A DNA stretch of 64,000 nucleotides, taken from IMG/VR virus record IMGVR_UViG_2522572172_000008; one strand, written 5' to 3'. Source of the DNA: an uncultured virus (IMG/VR IMGVR_UViG_2522572172_000008) (taxonomy: Duplodnaviria; Heunggongvirae; Uroviricota; Caudoviricetes). The notes under the pieces are model-generated. The model saw only the letters and a program-made list of their open reading frames with translations. It searched no databases and was not told the DNA's origin. Shown here one piece after another: positions 1 to 11,350 of this stretch (its first letter is position 1; each line of letters opens with the position of its first letter). A program made the position numbers and the translations under genes.

Positions 1-1
1 A

Positions 2-1234
2 AGTAAAGATATTGATGTAGAAATTTACGGTATTACACCTGAAACGTTACGAACTATCTTATCTCAGTTTGGATATGTAGATGAGTTCGGTGCTTTCTTC
101 GGTATTTTAAAAATTTACGGAGTGGATATCGACTTCTCTATGCCCCGTAAAGAGGTAAAGACAGATGATGGCCATACAGGATTCGATGTTGTTGTAGACC
201 CATTCTTGGACACCCTAACAGCCTCAAAACGCAGAGATTTTAGAATGAATGCTATTATGGTAGATGTGTTAACTGAGGAAGTAATTGACCACTTTAATGG
301 TGTCTCTGACATTCAGTTAGGCATCATTCGTCACATTGATGAACATACATTTATTGAAGATGAATTAAGAGCATTTCGAGCTTGTCAATTCGCTTCAAGG
401 TTCAACTTTACAATTGCAGAAGAAACAATTGATTTATGCAAGGGATTTCGATTCTCTCTTCCAAGAGAAAGAATTTTTGAAGAGTTTTTAAAAGCATTAA
501 TGAAAAGCGAAAAACCTTCCATTTTCTTTTCATATATGAGAGAAATGCTTATTGTTAAAAAGTTGTTTCCTGAATTAGATGCATTAATTGATTGCCCTCA
601 AAATCCTATCTTCCACCCTGAAGGTGATGTATGGACACATACAATGATGGTAATTGATGAATTAGCAAGCTTAAAGCATTTATCTTCAAATCCTCTTGCA
701 TTTATGTTGTTGGGACCTACCCATGACATGGGAAAACCTATTACAACTGTTATTCAGGAAGATGGACAGATAACAGCTCGTGGACATGCTGAAGAAGGTG
801 TACCTGTTGCGAAGCAATTTTTGAAGAGAATTACTAATGACAAACGATTAATTAAAAATGTTTTAAATATGGTAGAAAATCATATGAGACCAAACTCAAT
901 TGCATTTGGTTCAGACAAGGCTGTTCGAAAATTAATGGTTGCTACTAACATCGAAGACATTGTGTTGTTCGGAGAAGCAGACCATAAAGGTAGAGGTATT
1001 TCTGAAGAAAAGAAAGATTACACAGAAGTAAAAGAATGGTTCCATCAAAAAATAGAAAAACTGCAAACGGTTGGAGAACAATCTACTATCTCCCCTCTTG
1101 TTTCAGGAAAAGATTTAATTGATGCAGGATTAAAACCTGGTAAAGAATTTAGCATTTTACTGAAAAAAGCATTTGATTTACAAATCGAAAATGGTTTATC
1201 GAAAGAAGAAATTCTTGAAAAAATATTATTATGA
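2..1234 (+). CDS. cca: CCA-adding tRNA nucleotidyltransferase with HD domain, 5'-truncated by window edge
   Basis: Frame is open from nt 2 (SKDIDVEIYG, catalytic DxD). Also RRDFRMNA, EDELRAFRACQF, ERIFEE, HPEGDVWTHT and HDMGKP motifs. Confidence 0.9.
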   Translation, partial: SKDIDVEIYGITPETLRTILSQFGYVDEFGAFFGILKIYGVDIDFSMPRKEVKTDDGHTGFDVVVDPFLDTLTASKRRDFRMNAIMVDVLTEEVIDHFNGVSDIQLGIIRHIDEHTFIEDELRAFRACQFASRFNFTIAEETIDLCKGFRFSLPRERIFEEFLKALMKSEKPSIFFSYMREMLIVKKLFPELDALIDCPQNPIFHPEGDVWTHTMMVIDELASLKHLSSNPLAFMLLGPTHDMGKPITTVIQEDGQITARGHAEEGVPVAKQFLKRITNDKRLIKNVLNMVENHMRPNSIAFGSDKAVRKLMVATNIEDIVLFGEADHKGRGISEEKKDYTEVKEWFHQKIEKLQTVGEQSTISPLVSGKDLIDAGLKPGKEFSILLKKAFDLQIENGLSKEEILEKILL

Positions 1235-1259
1235 AAAAGACCTGTTCGGGTCTTTTTTT
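1234..1259 (+). terminator. Intrinsic terminator after cca
   Basis: AAAAAGACC-tgttcg-GGTCTTTTTTT. Confidence 0.75.
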
Positions 1260-1436
1260 CTTGCTATTTACATGAGTGTTATTTATCCTTTATTGTTCTC
1301 GGTTTTAATTTATTATTTTTAAATACGGTACGTGAAATTTTAAAGTAATATAAAAAATATTTTTATCTATAATATATAGAATTTATAAAAAAACAGGTAT
1401 TGATTTTATCAATTTAATTAGAGGAGATGTTTCAAT

Positions 1437-1838
1437 ATGTACGCAAAGATAATTCTAAAAACAGGTGAGTATCATTTCAAAACAGAATCACATTACAGAC
1501 CAGAAGAATTGGAAGCATTAATGCACAGAATAAACAATTGTTGGGAACAATTTAAAAAAGACAAAGAAATTTCCGATGTTTTTATCAGTAAGGTTAATAT
1601 AAAAGACAGATTCATCATTGAATACTTGGAGTGCTTCCAGAAATGGAAATTAACAGAAGCAGGAGATATTATTTCATTTGTTGACAATACTTCAAAAAAG
1701 AAAAGTTTTCATGTAAGTTTCATTTCGTTATGGCATTTAGGATTTTTCACTGTACCAAATAAAGATTTATTTAATACTCGTTGGGAATGCGACGTAAATG
1801 ACCGACAAGTTTCTCACAAAGGATATTCATATCTATAA
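1437..1838 (+). CDS. Hypothetical protein
   Basis: ORF with GAGGAG RBS, downstream of promoter motif 2. Confidence 0.7.
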   Translation: MYAKIILKTGEYHFKTESHYRPEELEALMHRINNCWEQFKKDKEISDVFISKVNIKDRFIIEYLECFQKWKLTEAGDIISFVDNTSKKKSFHVSFISLWHLGFFTVPNKDLFNTRWECDVNDRQVSHKGYSYL

Positions 1839-1884
1839 TAAAAATATAAAAAAGAGGTTACCTGATTTTTTCAGGAACCTCTTT

Positions 1885-4800
1885 TTAAATAACCTCGTTG
1901 TTATATGCTCTTGATGTACACTTTGGACAAATGTGTTCACTCCAACCTACTTTACTTGCTAATGTGATAGATAAAGCATTTTGACCGTAAAATTGTTTTG
2001 TTTTTTCATCCCATAAATGCATAGTTGATTCTTCTTTACATGTCGGACATTTAATATTCTTACTCATATAAACCCTCTCCATTTCTTTTATTTTTATTTG
2101 TTATATTCATTATCTAATAAGTCTTTGTTATCATATATATTCCCAATCACTTCAATTGATTCAATAGAATGAAGGTCTCCCCCACCCTCTCCATTTACCT
2201 CAAACCCAAAGTTAGCGTCCGAAAAACAGACTACTCCTTTTACATTGTCATATCCACCATGCCAATGAGATTGACGCTTCCCAACAACAATGTCACCTGC
2301 AAACACCATTTGTTTTTCATCACTTGAATCTTTCAGTCCAATATATTGTCCCACTGATTCAAATTCTACTGGAACAAAACCTTGTCCTGGTGATTCAATA
2401 TAAGCTAAGTTATCTTCATAATTCATTACAGCATTGCCATAAAACCATTTTATATCACCATAATCTTCAATCGGTTTTCCCCTAAACAAAATCACATTTA
2501 TCCACTCCCTCTACTTTTAAAATACACATTTAATATTGCCCAAGCCCAAGACTACTTACGAGAATTTCATTTTCCTCTAAAGCTGATAATTCTGATTTCC
2601 CATGGTCACATTTTGTACAAAGTACATTATGAAACTTACCATTTTCTAAGTAAAAAAGAACATGGTCTCCCTTTTGAATACGGTCTTTACAGTCTCCACA
2701 TTTTAATCTTGATGACCTTGCAATAGAACTATGAATTGTGATACCCATGATATCCCTCTTTCGTTAACATATTTTAGATTCTATGAAACTGATTCTTGTA
2801 CTAAGTTGCATTTCTTACAATAAACCTTTTCTTCTACTACAACTGCGTTTTCCTCAGTACATGTAATTGAGCATTTTTGACATGTAAACCACCAACCGTT
2901 TTTTAACAATTCATTTTTTGGCACATATCCCAAATCAGCATATTTATCAAACTCTATTATCCTACTCGCTCTGATTTCCGTATAATCGCACCATCTATAC
3001 GCTTCACTCTTCACTTTCGCTTTACCAACGGTCTCAGCAAACACTATCTCTTGATTTTCACCATCGCTACCTTGAACATGAAATGCTTTCATAACATACA
3101 CCTACTTCCTTACTAAATACACTTTATATTCTACATTTCTAATACTTTTGCATTTGCTACAGGAAAGATTTTAAACCTCTGGCTTTGTAGCGTTGTTGAT
3201 ACAATAAAAGTATCTATATAGCTGTTCATTTTATTAGCATCTACTGTAACGAGCATACCATTATGCAACTTCACATATACTCCACTCTTGAATCCATCAC
3301 CAAGCATAAAACCCTCTCCATTAAGACACCTTTCAAGCGCTTCCATCAAGGTCAAGTCATATTTTATTTTCATATACATTCCCTCCTTATTTGGATAGAA
3401 CTCTTTTTTGCTTAATTTTATTGAATTACTGCCAATACTCATTATTGAAGTGTTTTCTTCCATACTCTTTTAACGCTTGGAGTTTGTTAATCATTTCATC
3501 AATATCGCAAATATGAATAGACATTGTATCTTCTCCTGTTTTATCCTCACGGGGTTTAACACCATTAAAACCAATGCTGTAATCAATACACCCATCCTTT
3601 TTCAAAATCACTTCATCAGTACCAAACTCCTCATCCCCTAAAACGATATTTCCACCTTCATATTCATGAATCTTTTTAAACATAATATTTCCCTCCCTGT
3701 ATAAGACTTAATTTTTCCGAGAGTTAATCTCTTTCAAATTTAAATGCAAATGAGTAAACATCTTTCCAGTCAATTCCATAGCATCTTCAGCACTAATTTC
3801 TTTCTGGATGTATTTTCGTTGTATTTCTGCTTGATATTCAATAAACTCAAGCATGTTCAATGATTTTTCTTGTATAATTGCATCCATAATTTATTCACTC
3901 CTATTTGTAATCTACAAATCTTTGAAAGTTAATAATCTTTACTTCATCATACTTATACTTATTCTTAATTCTTGTTTGAACTTCTTTTATCCATAACATG
4001 CCCTTTTCAGATGGGTGTTCAAATATATTAATGTGGTCATTATCAATGCCACGAAAACAACCATTTGTATATGAATACGATACAAAATAATCATAGTCCA
4101 TCACCTTATATGTTCCACTTCTAACCTTTTTTACATCTTCTTCTGTATATCCCATACGCAATAAATAACTACATTGCTTACACAGTTCTGATAAGCATTC
4201 AGATTCATCTACATTACAAATCCTGCATTTCACTTATCTTCACCTTCATCATAATCAGTAATTTGATAACCATCTTTTTTTGTATAGGTTACTGTTGCAA
4301 TAACTTTCTCTTTTTTAATTAAATCTTTATCTGAATACATTCTAATGGTAATTTTTTTATCCCTATTTTCATCTTTAACGATATTCTCTGCAACCGACTT
4401 CAAATTCTCTGGTGTTAAAAACTCATCAACAAGCACCGCATAATTTGCATCATCTTTTGTAATGTCTTTATGCACAACCGTAAACTCACTACCCGTAGGA
4501 TGATTTGCTTTTTCAATTGATTTGTTCATCGCATGAATTTTATAGAATGAAAAAATTGCAATGACCGAAAATAAGGTATAGATTATATTTTTTAATCTCT
4601 TAATTTTTTTTAGTTCCATGACGGCCACAGCTCCTTATCTTCGAAAAGAATGTCAACATCTTCTTTTTGTCTTTCATCCAAATCGTCATAATTCTCTTTG
4701 AACCATTTGATTTGAGCTTGTGTAATTTGATAAGTATGATTCTCATCAATAAGAAAACCTACAAAACCTCTCGAAATCGGAATGTAGTTCTTGAATCGTT

Positions 4801-4978
4801 TCAAATATTCATCGTCAGGCATATGAAACTCTCTTAATTCACCCATCTTTTTATACTTATCTTCTTTCCAGTGTTGCTCATCTAAAACCTCTCTTGCAAA
4901 ATACTGATGACCTCCATATTCACATGGAACCAATGTAGCATTAGGTGTTAACCAACCAATTAAAGAAGTCATAATCAC
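1885..4978 (-). other. Operon-like run of about 10 small hypothetical genes, several with CxxC zinc-ribbon motifs; includes an ORF at 3708-3887 missing from the ORF track
   Basis: Tightly packed minus-strand ORFs with RBSs; 3708-3887 reads MDAIIQEKSLN...NSRKN* (59 aa). Confidence 0.65.
2094..2495 (-). CDS. YopX family protein
   Basis: ILFRGK...VGQYIGLKD...GDIV...IEVIGNIYDNKDLL signature. Confidence 0.8.
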   Translation of the reverse strand: MILFRGKPIEDYGDIKWFYGNAVMNYEDNLAYIESPGQGFVPVEFESVGQYIGLKDSSDEKQMVFAGDIVVGKRQSHWHGGYDNVKGVVCFSDANFGFEVNGEGGGDLHSIESIEVIGNIYDNKDLLDNEYNK

Positions 4979-5050
4979 TCATCCTTTTCTGTAAATTTCA
5001 TTGACTATAGTTTATAAAGACTTTATGATAATATCATGGAGGAGATTAAA

Positions 5051-5734
5051 ATGTCAAGAATTCAAATAACTGGAGATATACATGGTATTTTAGATGTACA
5101 AAGGATATTAGAGATAGACTACTTAACAACAAATGATTATGTTATCGTTGTGGGGGATTTTGGATTTCCATGGAATAACTCAAAAAAGGAAAAGAATTTA
5201 TTTCAACAATTGGTTGCAAAGCCATTTACAACTTTATTTATAGATGGCAATCATGAAAATTTCACGTTGCTAAATAAGTATGAGGAGAAAACATGGAACG
5301 GTGGGAAAGTTCATTTCTTAAGCGACAATATTATTCACCTCATGCGTGGGCAAGTTTTTACGATAAACAACAAGAAGTTTTTTACTTTTGGTGGTGCATC
5401 ATCAACAGATAAATACAGAAGAATGAACGGAATTGATTGGTGGGAGGAAGAGCTTCCTTCTTATGAAGAAATGGATGAAGGGATTTCTAATTTAGAAAAA
5501 CACAACTATAGTGTTGACTATGTACTTACACACACTTGCCGTACAGAAACATTAGAAATGCTATGTAGACTATATGGATTCCGTCCAAAACCAGATTGCT
5601 TAAATAAATACTTAGAATCTATATATAAAAATTTAAACTTTTCTCATTGGTATTTCGGGCACTATCATAAGGATTTACCACACGTAATGAGAAACGAAAC
5701 AGTTTTATTTCGTGAGATAAAAAATATCGAGTAA
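5051..5734 (+). CDS. Calcineurin-like metallophosphoesterase
   Basis: GDIHG, GDFG, GNHE, THT and GHYH motifs; ATG 5051 follows GGAGGAG. Confidence 0.9.
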   Translation: MSRIQITGDIHGILDVQRILEIDYLTTNDYVIVVGDFGFPWNNSKKEKNLFQQLVAKPFTTLFIDGNHENFTLLNKYEEKTWNGGKVHFLSDNIIHLMRGQVFTINNKKFFTFGGASSTDKYRRMNGIDWWEEELPSYEEMDEGISNLEKHNYSVDYVLTHTCRTETLEMLCRLYGFRPKPDCLNKYLESIYKNLNFSHWYFGHYHKDLPHVMRNETVLFREIKNIE

Positions 5735-5965
5735 CCCATTGTCAAAACGGGTTACTTTTTTTATATGAAATAAAATGATATGTTCATATGATTTTATTTT
5801 ATGCTCATATTTTGTTATCGCAATTACATTTAATAAATATAATATACAAACAACATACAATAGGAATACTTAATGGGTATAAAATTTAAAAGTTTTTTAC
5901 AGTGGACTATTTTTACATCATGGAGATATACAGTGGTTATGGCATATATAGGGGAGGAACAAACA

Positions 5966-6370
5966 ATGACATCGGTACTAAAATTAAAAACAACAGAAAC
6001 AATGGAGAATGAATTAGGAGCGTTTTTGAAATCAGAAAGAAACAAGAAAAAATTATCTTTGGAAAAAGTAGCGAAAGCAATCGGAGTAAGTGCATCATAT
6101 TTACATCGTTTAGAGAATGGAGATAGAAAAAACCCTTCTATCGCAGTCTTGGAACAACTTTGTGAATTCTTTTCACTTAATCCTCAAAAGGTTTTAGAAA
6201 TGGCAGGGCTTTCAAAAGAATCTATGATTCGTGTTGATAATATAAAGATTCCTTTATCACAAATAGAAAATCTTGCTTCATTCATGTTGAAGCTTGACCT
6301 CACTGACTTTACACAAGTCATTACTTTAAAAGAGGAAGTTGAAAAGTTTCAAAACAAATTTAATAAATAA
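5966..6370 (+). CDS. XRE-family HTH transcriptional regulator
   Basis: LSLEKVAKAIGVSASYLHRLENGDRKNPS; GGGGAGG RBS before ATG 5966. Confidence 0.85.
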   Translation: MTSVLKLKTTETMENELGAFLKSERNKKKLSLEKVAKAIGVSASYLHRLENGDRKNPSIAVLEQLCEFFSLNPQKVLEMAGLSKESMIRVDNIKIPLSQIENLASFMLKLDLTDFTQVITLKEEVEKFQNKFNK

Positions 6371-6400
6371 AAAAAGACAGATATATTCTGTCTTTTTTAT

Positions 6401-6664
6401 TTATTCATTTACTTCATAATACACTCTGCCTTCAATTTTATCTTCTATCCTCTTAATATCTGGGTACTCTACAAGAACGGTTTTACCACCGTCTATATCC
6501 CCCACTTGGCATAATAAACCTTCAGGTTTACACTCATAGGCGTTTGCACGATATAACTTCTTACCATTTGTTGTGATGAATAAGTCCGTTTTTACATCTT
6601 TTATAAAAAACATAATAACTGATTTTAAATCATTTAACGATTCGCTTTTTCTTTTCAAACTCAT
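6401..6664 (-). CDS. Hypothetical protein
   Basis: ORF with GGGGAG RBS. Confidence 0.6.
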   Translation of the reverse strand: MSLKRKSESLNDLKSVIMFFIKDVKTDLFITTNGKKLYRANAYECKPEGLLCQVGDIDGGKTVLVEYPDIKRIEDKIEGRVYYEVNE

Positions 6665-6757
6665 TCATATCTCTCCCCTGTCAATTCACTCTCTACTTAT
6701 AGTCTAACCAAATTTTTTTTAGAAAACAAGCTTGATTATAGTCAATGAAATTACAGG

Positions 6758-7813
6758 TTAGTACTCCTCATCTAATTCAAAATCAGGTTGTAAAAACTGT
6801 TTCTTTTTGCTCTTCCTTTGATGTATTGCTTCAATAGATTTTTGAATAGGTTTTTGTTTTTCCTGTAACTGTGCTGTTTTTTCTGCTCCCTGTTCCCTTT
6901 CTATTTTAGGCATCTTTTTCATCATTTTCTTTTTATGATTCAATCCAATCCGCATACAATCTTCTGCGTCTTCTACAAGATTCAAAATACCTAAGACAAC
7001 AGAACGTTCCCCTTTTTCATTTTTGGTTTCACAAATAATCTCATTACGTCCTCTTCCTACAAATTCTTTATAACTGTAATAGACTTGTTGTTTTTGGTAA
7101 TAAATAGAATCCTCATAAATGAGAGAGTTCATAAACACAAAGTTATTAATATTAGGCTCTAACATAGCCTCATAATCGCCCCGTTCATCAATCATTTGCT
7201 TTTTACTTTGCATAAAGAGTGTACTTCCAATACAATAATCATCTCCACAAGACAGTAATAATTCCACAAATGGAAGATAGTATTGAGAGTCATCAATATA
7301 GACAAAGTGAGGCGATACTTTTGTATCTTCATTCACTTGCATACTTAGTTGCAATTGAGATAATAGCATTGCAGTAGCTCTAATACCATCATCCCCATTC
7401 ACTACGTATTCCATATCAATAATAACTATCATCTTTTTACTAATGACCTCTTCATAATCAATAATCTCTTCCTTTACTCGGTTATATTCATAACTTTGAA
7501 ATTCAAGAATTTTTCTTGCCTTTTCATCTATACTCGGTTTCAAGAATACAACTTTTCTCTTTGCTTTCTTGGCCATGCCATACAACATACAAGAAATGTC
7601 TTTCCTCCCTACAATAAAAGTCGCACCACACTCTTTATTGTTAATATCTTGTTGTGCCATTAATGGTAGCATTTCGGTGGTTTTTCCTGTATTTTTAGAG
7701 CCTATAACCAACGTATTCCCTAAACGATGAATCCCATTAATATTAGATTTATCAGTGATTTTCAATGCGAATTCTTCTTTTGTCAATAATTGTTCATTCA
7801 TAGCATAAAACAC
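6758..7813 (-). CDS. Short P-loop protein resembling VirD4/TraG coupling proteins
   Basis: Walker A GSKNTGKT and PHFVYIDD Walker B-like segment. Confidence 0.5.
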   Translation of the reverse strand: MFYAMNEQLLTKEEFALKITDKSNINGIHRLGNTLVIGSKNTGKTTEMLPLMAQQDINNKECGATFIVGRKDISCMLYGMAKKAKRKVVFLKPSIDEKARKILEFQSYEYNRVKEEIIDYEEVISKKMIVIIDMEYVVNGDDGIRATAMLLSQLQLSMQVNEDTKVSPHFVYIDDSQYYLPFVELLLSCGDDYCIGSTLFMQSKKQMIDERGDYEAMLEPNINNFVFMNSLIYEDSIYYQKQQVYYSYKEFVGRGRNEIICETKNEKGERSVVLGILNLVEDAEDCMRIGLNHKKKMMKKMPKIEREQGAEKTAQLQEKQKPIQKSIEAIHQRKSKKKQFLQPDFELDEEY

Positions 7814-7927
7814 CTCTTTCTATTAAATTATTTAATATATTATATGAACCTTATAAATAAATATATTATTCTATAAACACTTACACTTATCTGCAAAATA
7901 AAAAAGCTTGATATATAATCAAGCTCT

Positions 7928-8074
7928 CTATTCAGTCTTAGCAACTTTTCTACGTTTATTTAATTTTCGACCCTTCACTTGTTCTGCTTCAGATTTATGA
8001 GGTTTCGTCCTTCTAATTTTCTCTTTCGTAATTACTTCCTCGTATTGTGATTCGTCATAGTCTCGTAATTTCAT
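7928..8074 (-). CDS. Small basic protein (48 aa), not in ORF track
   Basis: GAGGAG RBS; MKLRDYDESQYEEVITKEKIRRTKPHKSEAEQVKGRKLNKRRKVAKTE*. Confidence 0.6.
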   Translation of the reverse strand: MKLRDYDESQYEEVITKEKIRRTKPHKSEAEQVKGRKLNKRRKVAKTE

Positions 8075-8619
8075 TTTAAAATCGCTCCTCTTTTTCATTA
8101 AATATATTCAATGTTTTATTTATCTTTTTTAGATGCTATATTCTATACATATAAAACGAAAAATATAATCAATAGTTGATATTTTTTGAGCTTAATAGGT
8201 TCGAGCTATGAATAAAGGTTTAATTTCCTTTAATAATAGATAAGTGCTATGACAATAATGAAATTAGGAGGGATTATAGAAAAGATGATTATAAGATATG
8301 TACATATAATAGTGGAATAAATAATAAGGATGTTTTTTACATTAACTGAATTCATTTTATATCCCATGGCAAGACTCACGACACAAGTATAGCTACTATT
8401 AAGTTATAAAAAACACAAAGTTATTAGATAAAGTAACTTTGTGTTTTAAGCATTTATTCTTCATTTTCACTACCTCCTGTTCAATCATTTTTTATATAAT
8501 ACTAAGTTCCTTATCAGAAAATATTGTTTATATACATTTAGTTTGTTTAAGAATTCAACTGCATAATTAATAATAATTAATAATACAAAAAACTCGCTTA
8601 TAATAAGCGAGTTTCCGTT

Positions 8620-9114
8620 TTAAATATTTGAAGCTTTTCTTGTTTCTTTATTCAAAGCTTTGATTACTAATTTCTGCTCTTTTAGTAATTGTTTAAGGTT
8701 TCTTCCTTCAATATTTCGCTTCTGTAAACCAACTGTATTGATTCTTGTATAATCATCAGACAATCTACTTACGTTATAAAATAAAGTAAATGATTGTTGA
8801 ATATCTTTAGTACGAATCATGCCATCTACACGAATGCTATTTCTCTCTATTTTTTGCTTCTTATATGTAACAGCACCTACCATTTGTTGATGTACCTGAA
8901 TAGTAAAATATCTACCATCATATACATTTACTTCATTTAAAAAATCAATATTAAAGTTTTCAATGAAATTCTTAATCGCAGATGCAATTACTTCTTCGTT
9001 CTCTAAGTACGCTTGCTTTTCTGCTGAACAAAATTCCATTACACCGTTATTACAAATCATTGAACCTTTTTTTCTTAATAATGAATTAATCGCATTAATC
9101 ATCATATAAAACAC
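8620..9114 (-). CDS. Hypothetical protein
   Basis: ORF with GAGGAG RBS, followed by terminator-like hairpin ~8587-8619. Confidence 0.6.
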   Translation of the reverse strand: MFYMMINAINSLLRKKGSMICNNGVMEFCSAEKQAYLENEEVIASAIKNFIENFNIDFLNEVNVYDGRYFTIQVHQQMVGAVTYKKQKIERNSIRVDGMIRTKDIQQSFTLFYNVSRLSDDYTRINTVGLQKRNIEGRNLKQLLKEQKLVIKALNKETRKASNI

Positions 9115-9159
9115 TCCTCTTTTTTAATTAAATGAATACCTGAATTTAGATTAACTTAA

Positions 9160-9441
9160 TTAAGCAACTTGTTCTGCAAAAAATCCTGGTTTATACCACG
9201 AACGTAATACACCAGGTGTTTCTTTTGTTTTTACCTGAACAAAGTATTTAGATTCTTTATATGATGGTTTATTTGATACAATGTTTACATACTTCATTTC
9301 ATCACGATTCTTAGCATTATCAGCTACAACCTCTGCTTCTTCGTAAGAATCACATTCAAAAATCACCTTATTAACTTTTCCTTCTGATTCTCCCCAATCA
9401 CCTAAATATGTGTCTGTCATTGTTACATAATACTTTTTCAT
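9160..9441 (-). CDS. Hypothetical protein
   Basis: ORF with GGGAG RBS and promoter motif 2 upstream. Confidence 0.65.
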   Translation of the reverse strand: MKKYYVTMTDTYLGDWGESEGKVNKVIFECDSYEEAEVVADNAKNRDEMKYVNIVSNKPSYKESKYFVQVKTKETPGVLRSWYKPGFFAEQVA

Positions 9442-9884
9442 AATAAAATCTCTCCCTATTAAATAAATTTATCAAATACCTGTTTTGTTATAATCCATAT
9501 ATTATAGATATTTCCCTCCATAAATATAAAAAAAGTCGAGATTTATTTTTTCAACCTTTACTATGTTACAGAATAAAGTTTTCCTTTTCTTTCAGAACCT
9601 TACCATTCTTTTCTACCTCTAAAACCTCAAATCCCCACCACAATAAAAAAGAAGACACTTTAAAAGTATCTTCTTTTATTGATTATACAGCTAACCTTTC
9701 CCTCGGATAACTCGCCAATCACGCACGATAACATCATTATATACATGTAAATTAATTTCATTCTTATTCTTGGTGTTTTTTTACATATATAAAATAACTT
9801 ATTATAGTAAATAATATTTTACTAACTTCTTATTTCATGTTATAATAAATTATGAAACAAATACATTATTACGAGGTGGTAAAT

Positions 9885-10085
9885 ATGAAGAAAATGACAA
9901 TTAAAATTGAAGGTGGACATTGGAAATCTAAAATTGACAATATCCATGAGCATTTAAATGAAGTAAACCGAGGGAACGGGAAACACCGTACAAAAAAAGG
10001 AAAAGGTTCTTATTCTCGCAAAAACAAACACAAGGAGCGTTACGACTCATCATCTGATAAACGTAACGCTCCTTTTAATTTATAA
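9885..10085 (+). CDS. arfA: ArfA-like alternative ribosome-rescue factor (66 aa)
   Basis: HRTKKGKGSYSRKNKH matches the ArfA core KKGKGSYxRKxKH; GAGGTGG RBS; TG-TATAAT promoter at 9838-9846. Confidence 0.7.
   Translation: MKKMTIKIEGGHWKSKIDNIHEHLNEVNRGNGKHRTKKGKGSYSRKNKHKERYDSSSDKRNAPFNL
10032..10081 (+). terminator. 13-bp hairpin plus U-rich tract inside the arfA-like ORF, before the stop codon; possibly bidirectional
   Basis: AAGGAGCGTTACG (10032-10044) / CGTAACGCTCCTT (10062-10074), then TTAATTT; stop codon at 10083-10085. Confidence 0.75.
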
Positions 10086-10575
10086 TTTGTGTTGTTCCGT
10101 CATCATTTATTTTTATCATGCCTACATAACTACCTTTGTATAATAGTTGAGCAGAATAAGAATTCGAGAATAGAAGTAATCCATTTCTATCATCTTGGAT
10201 TTTAAAAGCGGTCCCTTCACATAACCCCTCTAATATCTTTTTATATAAGGTATTCTTCTTATATATATACACATCATCATATTCATACCATTTTGTTGTA
10301 TACGCTTTTAAACATTGTTTTAAATACATTTGCCTGGGAATTCCCTCATCTTTTTGCTCTTGATATGAAAGCTCAATCCCTTCTAATATAGATTCTTTAT
10401 TTTCTTCTAAATACGCATCTTTTACCTTCTCTTCAATTTTATTTCTATCAATATTGTCTACAATTTCAGCCTTAACAGGATTTATAAGTAGATGCCCATA
10501 TTCACCATTATATGTAAGCAAAAAATCAGTTGGAATATCCATTAATTTATCTATCAGTCTCTTTTGTTTTCTCAT
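10075..10575 (-). CDS. Hypothetical protein
   Basis: ORF with AAGGGG RBS. Confidence 0.6.
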   Translation of the reverse strand: MRKQKRLIDKLMDIPTDFLLTYNGEYGHLLINPVKAEIVDNIDRNKIEEKVKDAYLEENKESILEGIELSYQEQKDEGIPRQMYLKQCLKAYTTKWYEYDDVYIYKKNTLYKKILEGLCEGTAFKIQDDRNGLLLFSNSYSAQLLYKGSYVGMIKINDDGTTQIIN

Positions 10576-10743
10576 TACTACATCCCCTTTCTTTTATTTT
10601 TTACAGTGCATTATAGATGATAGTCATTAAAAATATGCACGAATTGAAATAATAAGAAAGTCTGATGATAAAACATGTATGTTTCATATTCTTCTCATTG
10701 ACTATATATAATACAATATATTGAATTTTGAGGAGGATTTGCT

Positions 10744-11268
10744 ATGAAATTAAACAAGAAAATCAAGACTTTTTTAGAAAATAAAAAAGGTGTTGCTACG
10801 ATTGAAATTGCGATATGTGCCATGTTATTCATCATTGCAATTGGAGCTTTTATTGACTTGTCTGCTATATTAAGTAAAATAAATTCCATTTCATCTACAA
10901 ATGCCTATGTTTCACGGGTCGTTGGAGCTCAAGGTGGTGTAAAAACAAGAACGCCTGAAAATTTCAAAGGTGAATACATTCATTCCAAAGAACTATACCA
11001 AAACGTTAAAAATTCCTTAGAGCGTTCTGGATTAAAAGAATCTGATTGGAGTATGTATATTGATGGTAGACGATTAACAAGTAGTATAAACGTTCCACTA
11101 AAAGACTATGGTAATGAAATCACGATTAAATTAAAAACTAATTTAAAATGGGATTTATTAAGCAATTTCATCCCTGGAGACTTAACGAATAATCAAACAT
11201 CAGAGAGAACCGTTGTTTCTTCATTCAAAGTTAGAACTGGAGATGTAAAATCCGAATATAAACAATAA
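10744..11268 (+). CDS. TadE-like pseudopilin
   Basis: Prepilin-type KKG|VATIE followed by a hydrophobic helix. Confidence 0.7.
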   Translation: MKLNKKIKTFLENKKGVATIEIAICAMLFIIAIGAFIDLSAILSKINSISSTNAYVSRVVGAQGGVKTRTPENFKGEYIHSKELYQNVKNSLERSGLKESDWSMYIDGRRLTSSINVPLKDYGNEITIKLKTNLKWDLLSNFIPGDLTNNQTSERTVVSSFKVRTGDVKSEYKQ

Positions 11269-11350
11269 AAAGGCTTAGTATTTTACTAAACCTTTTTTGT
11301 TGTATCTGACCAAATATGTGAAAAAGGACAGATATTATCTGCCCTTTTCC

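Noticed and set aside
5502..5524. ACTATAGT core inside the phosphoesterase gene; weak matches at 9798 and 10698
   Set aside because: Outer arms are poorly matched, so these were not counted among the 21 operators.
8376..8480. Possible type I toxin peptide after an AGGAGG RBS on the minus strand
   Set aside because: The frame closes after 21 codons without a full TM helix.
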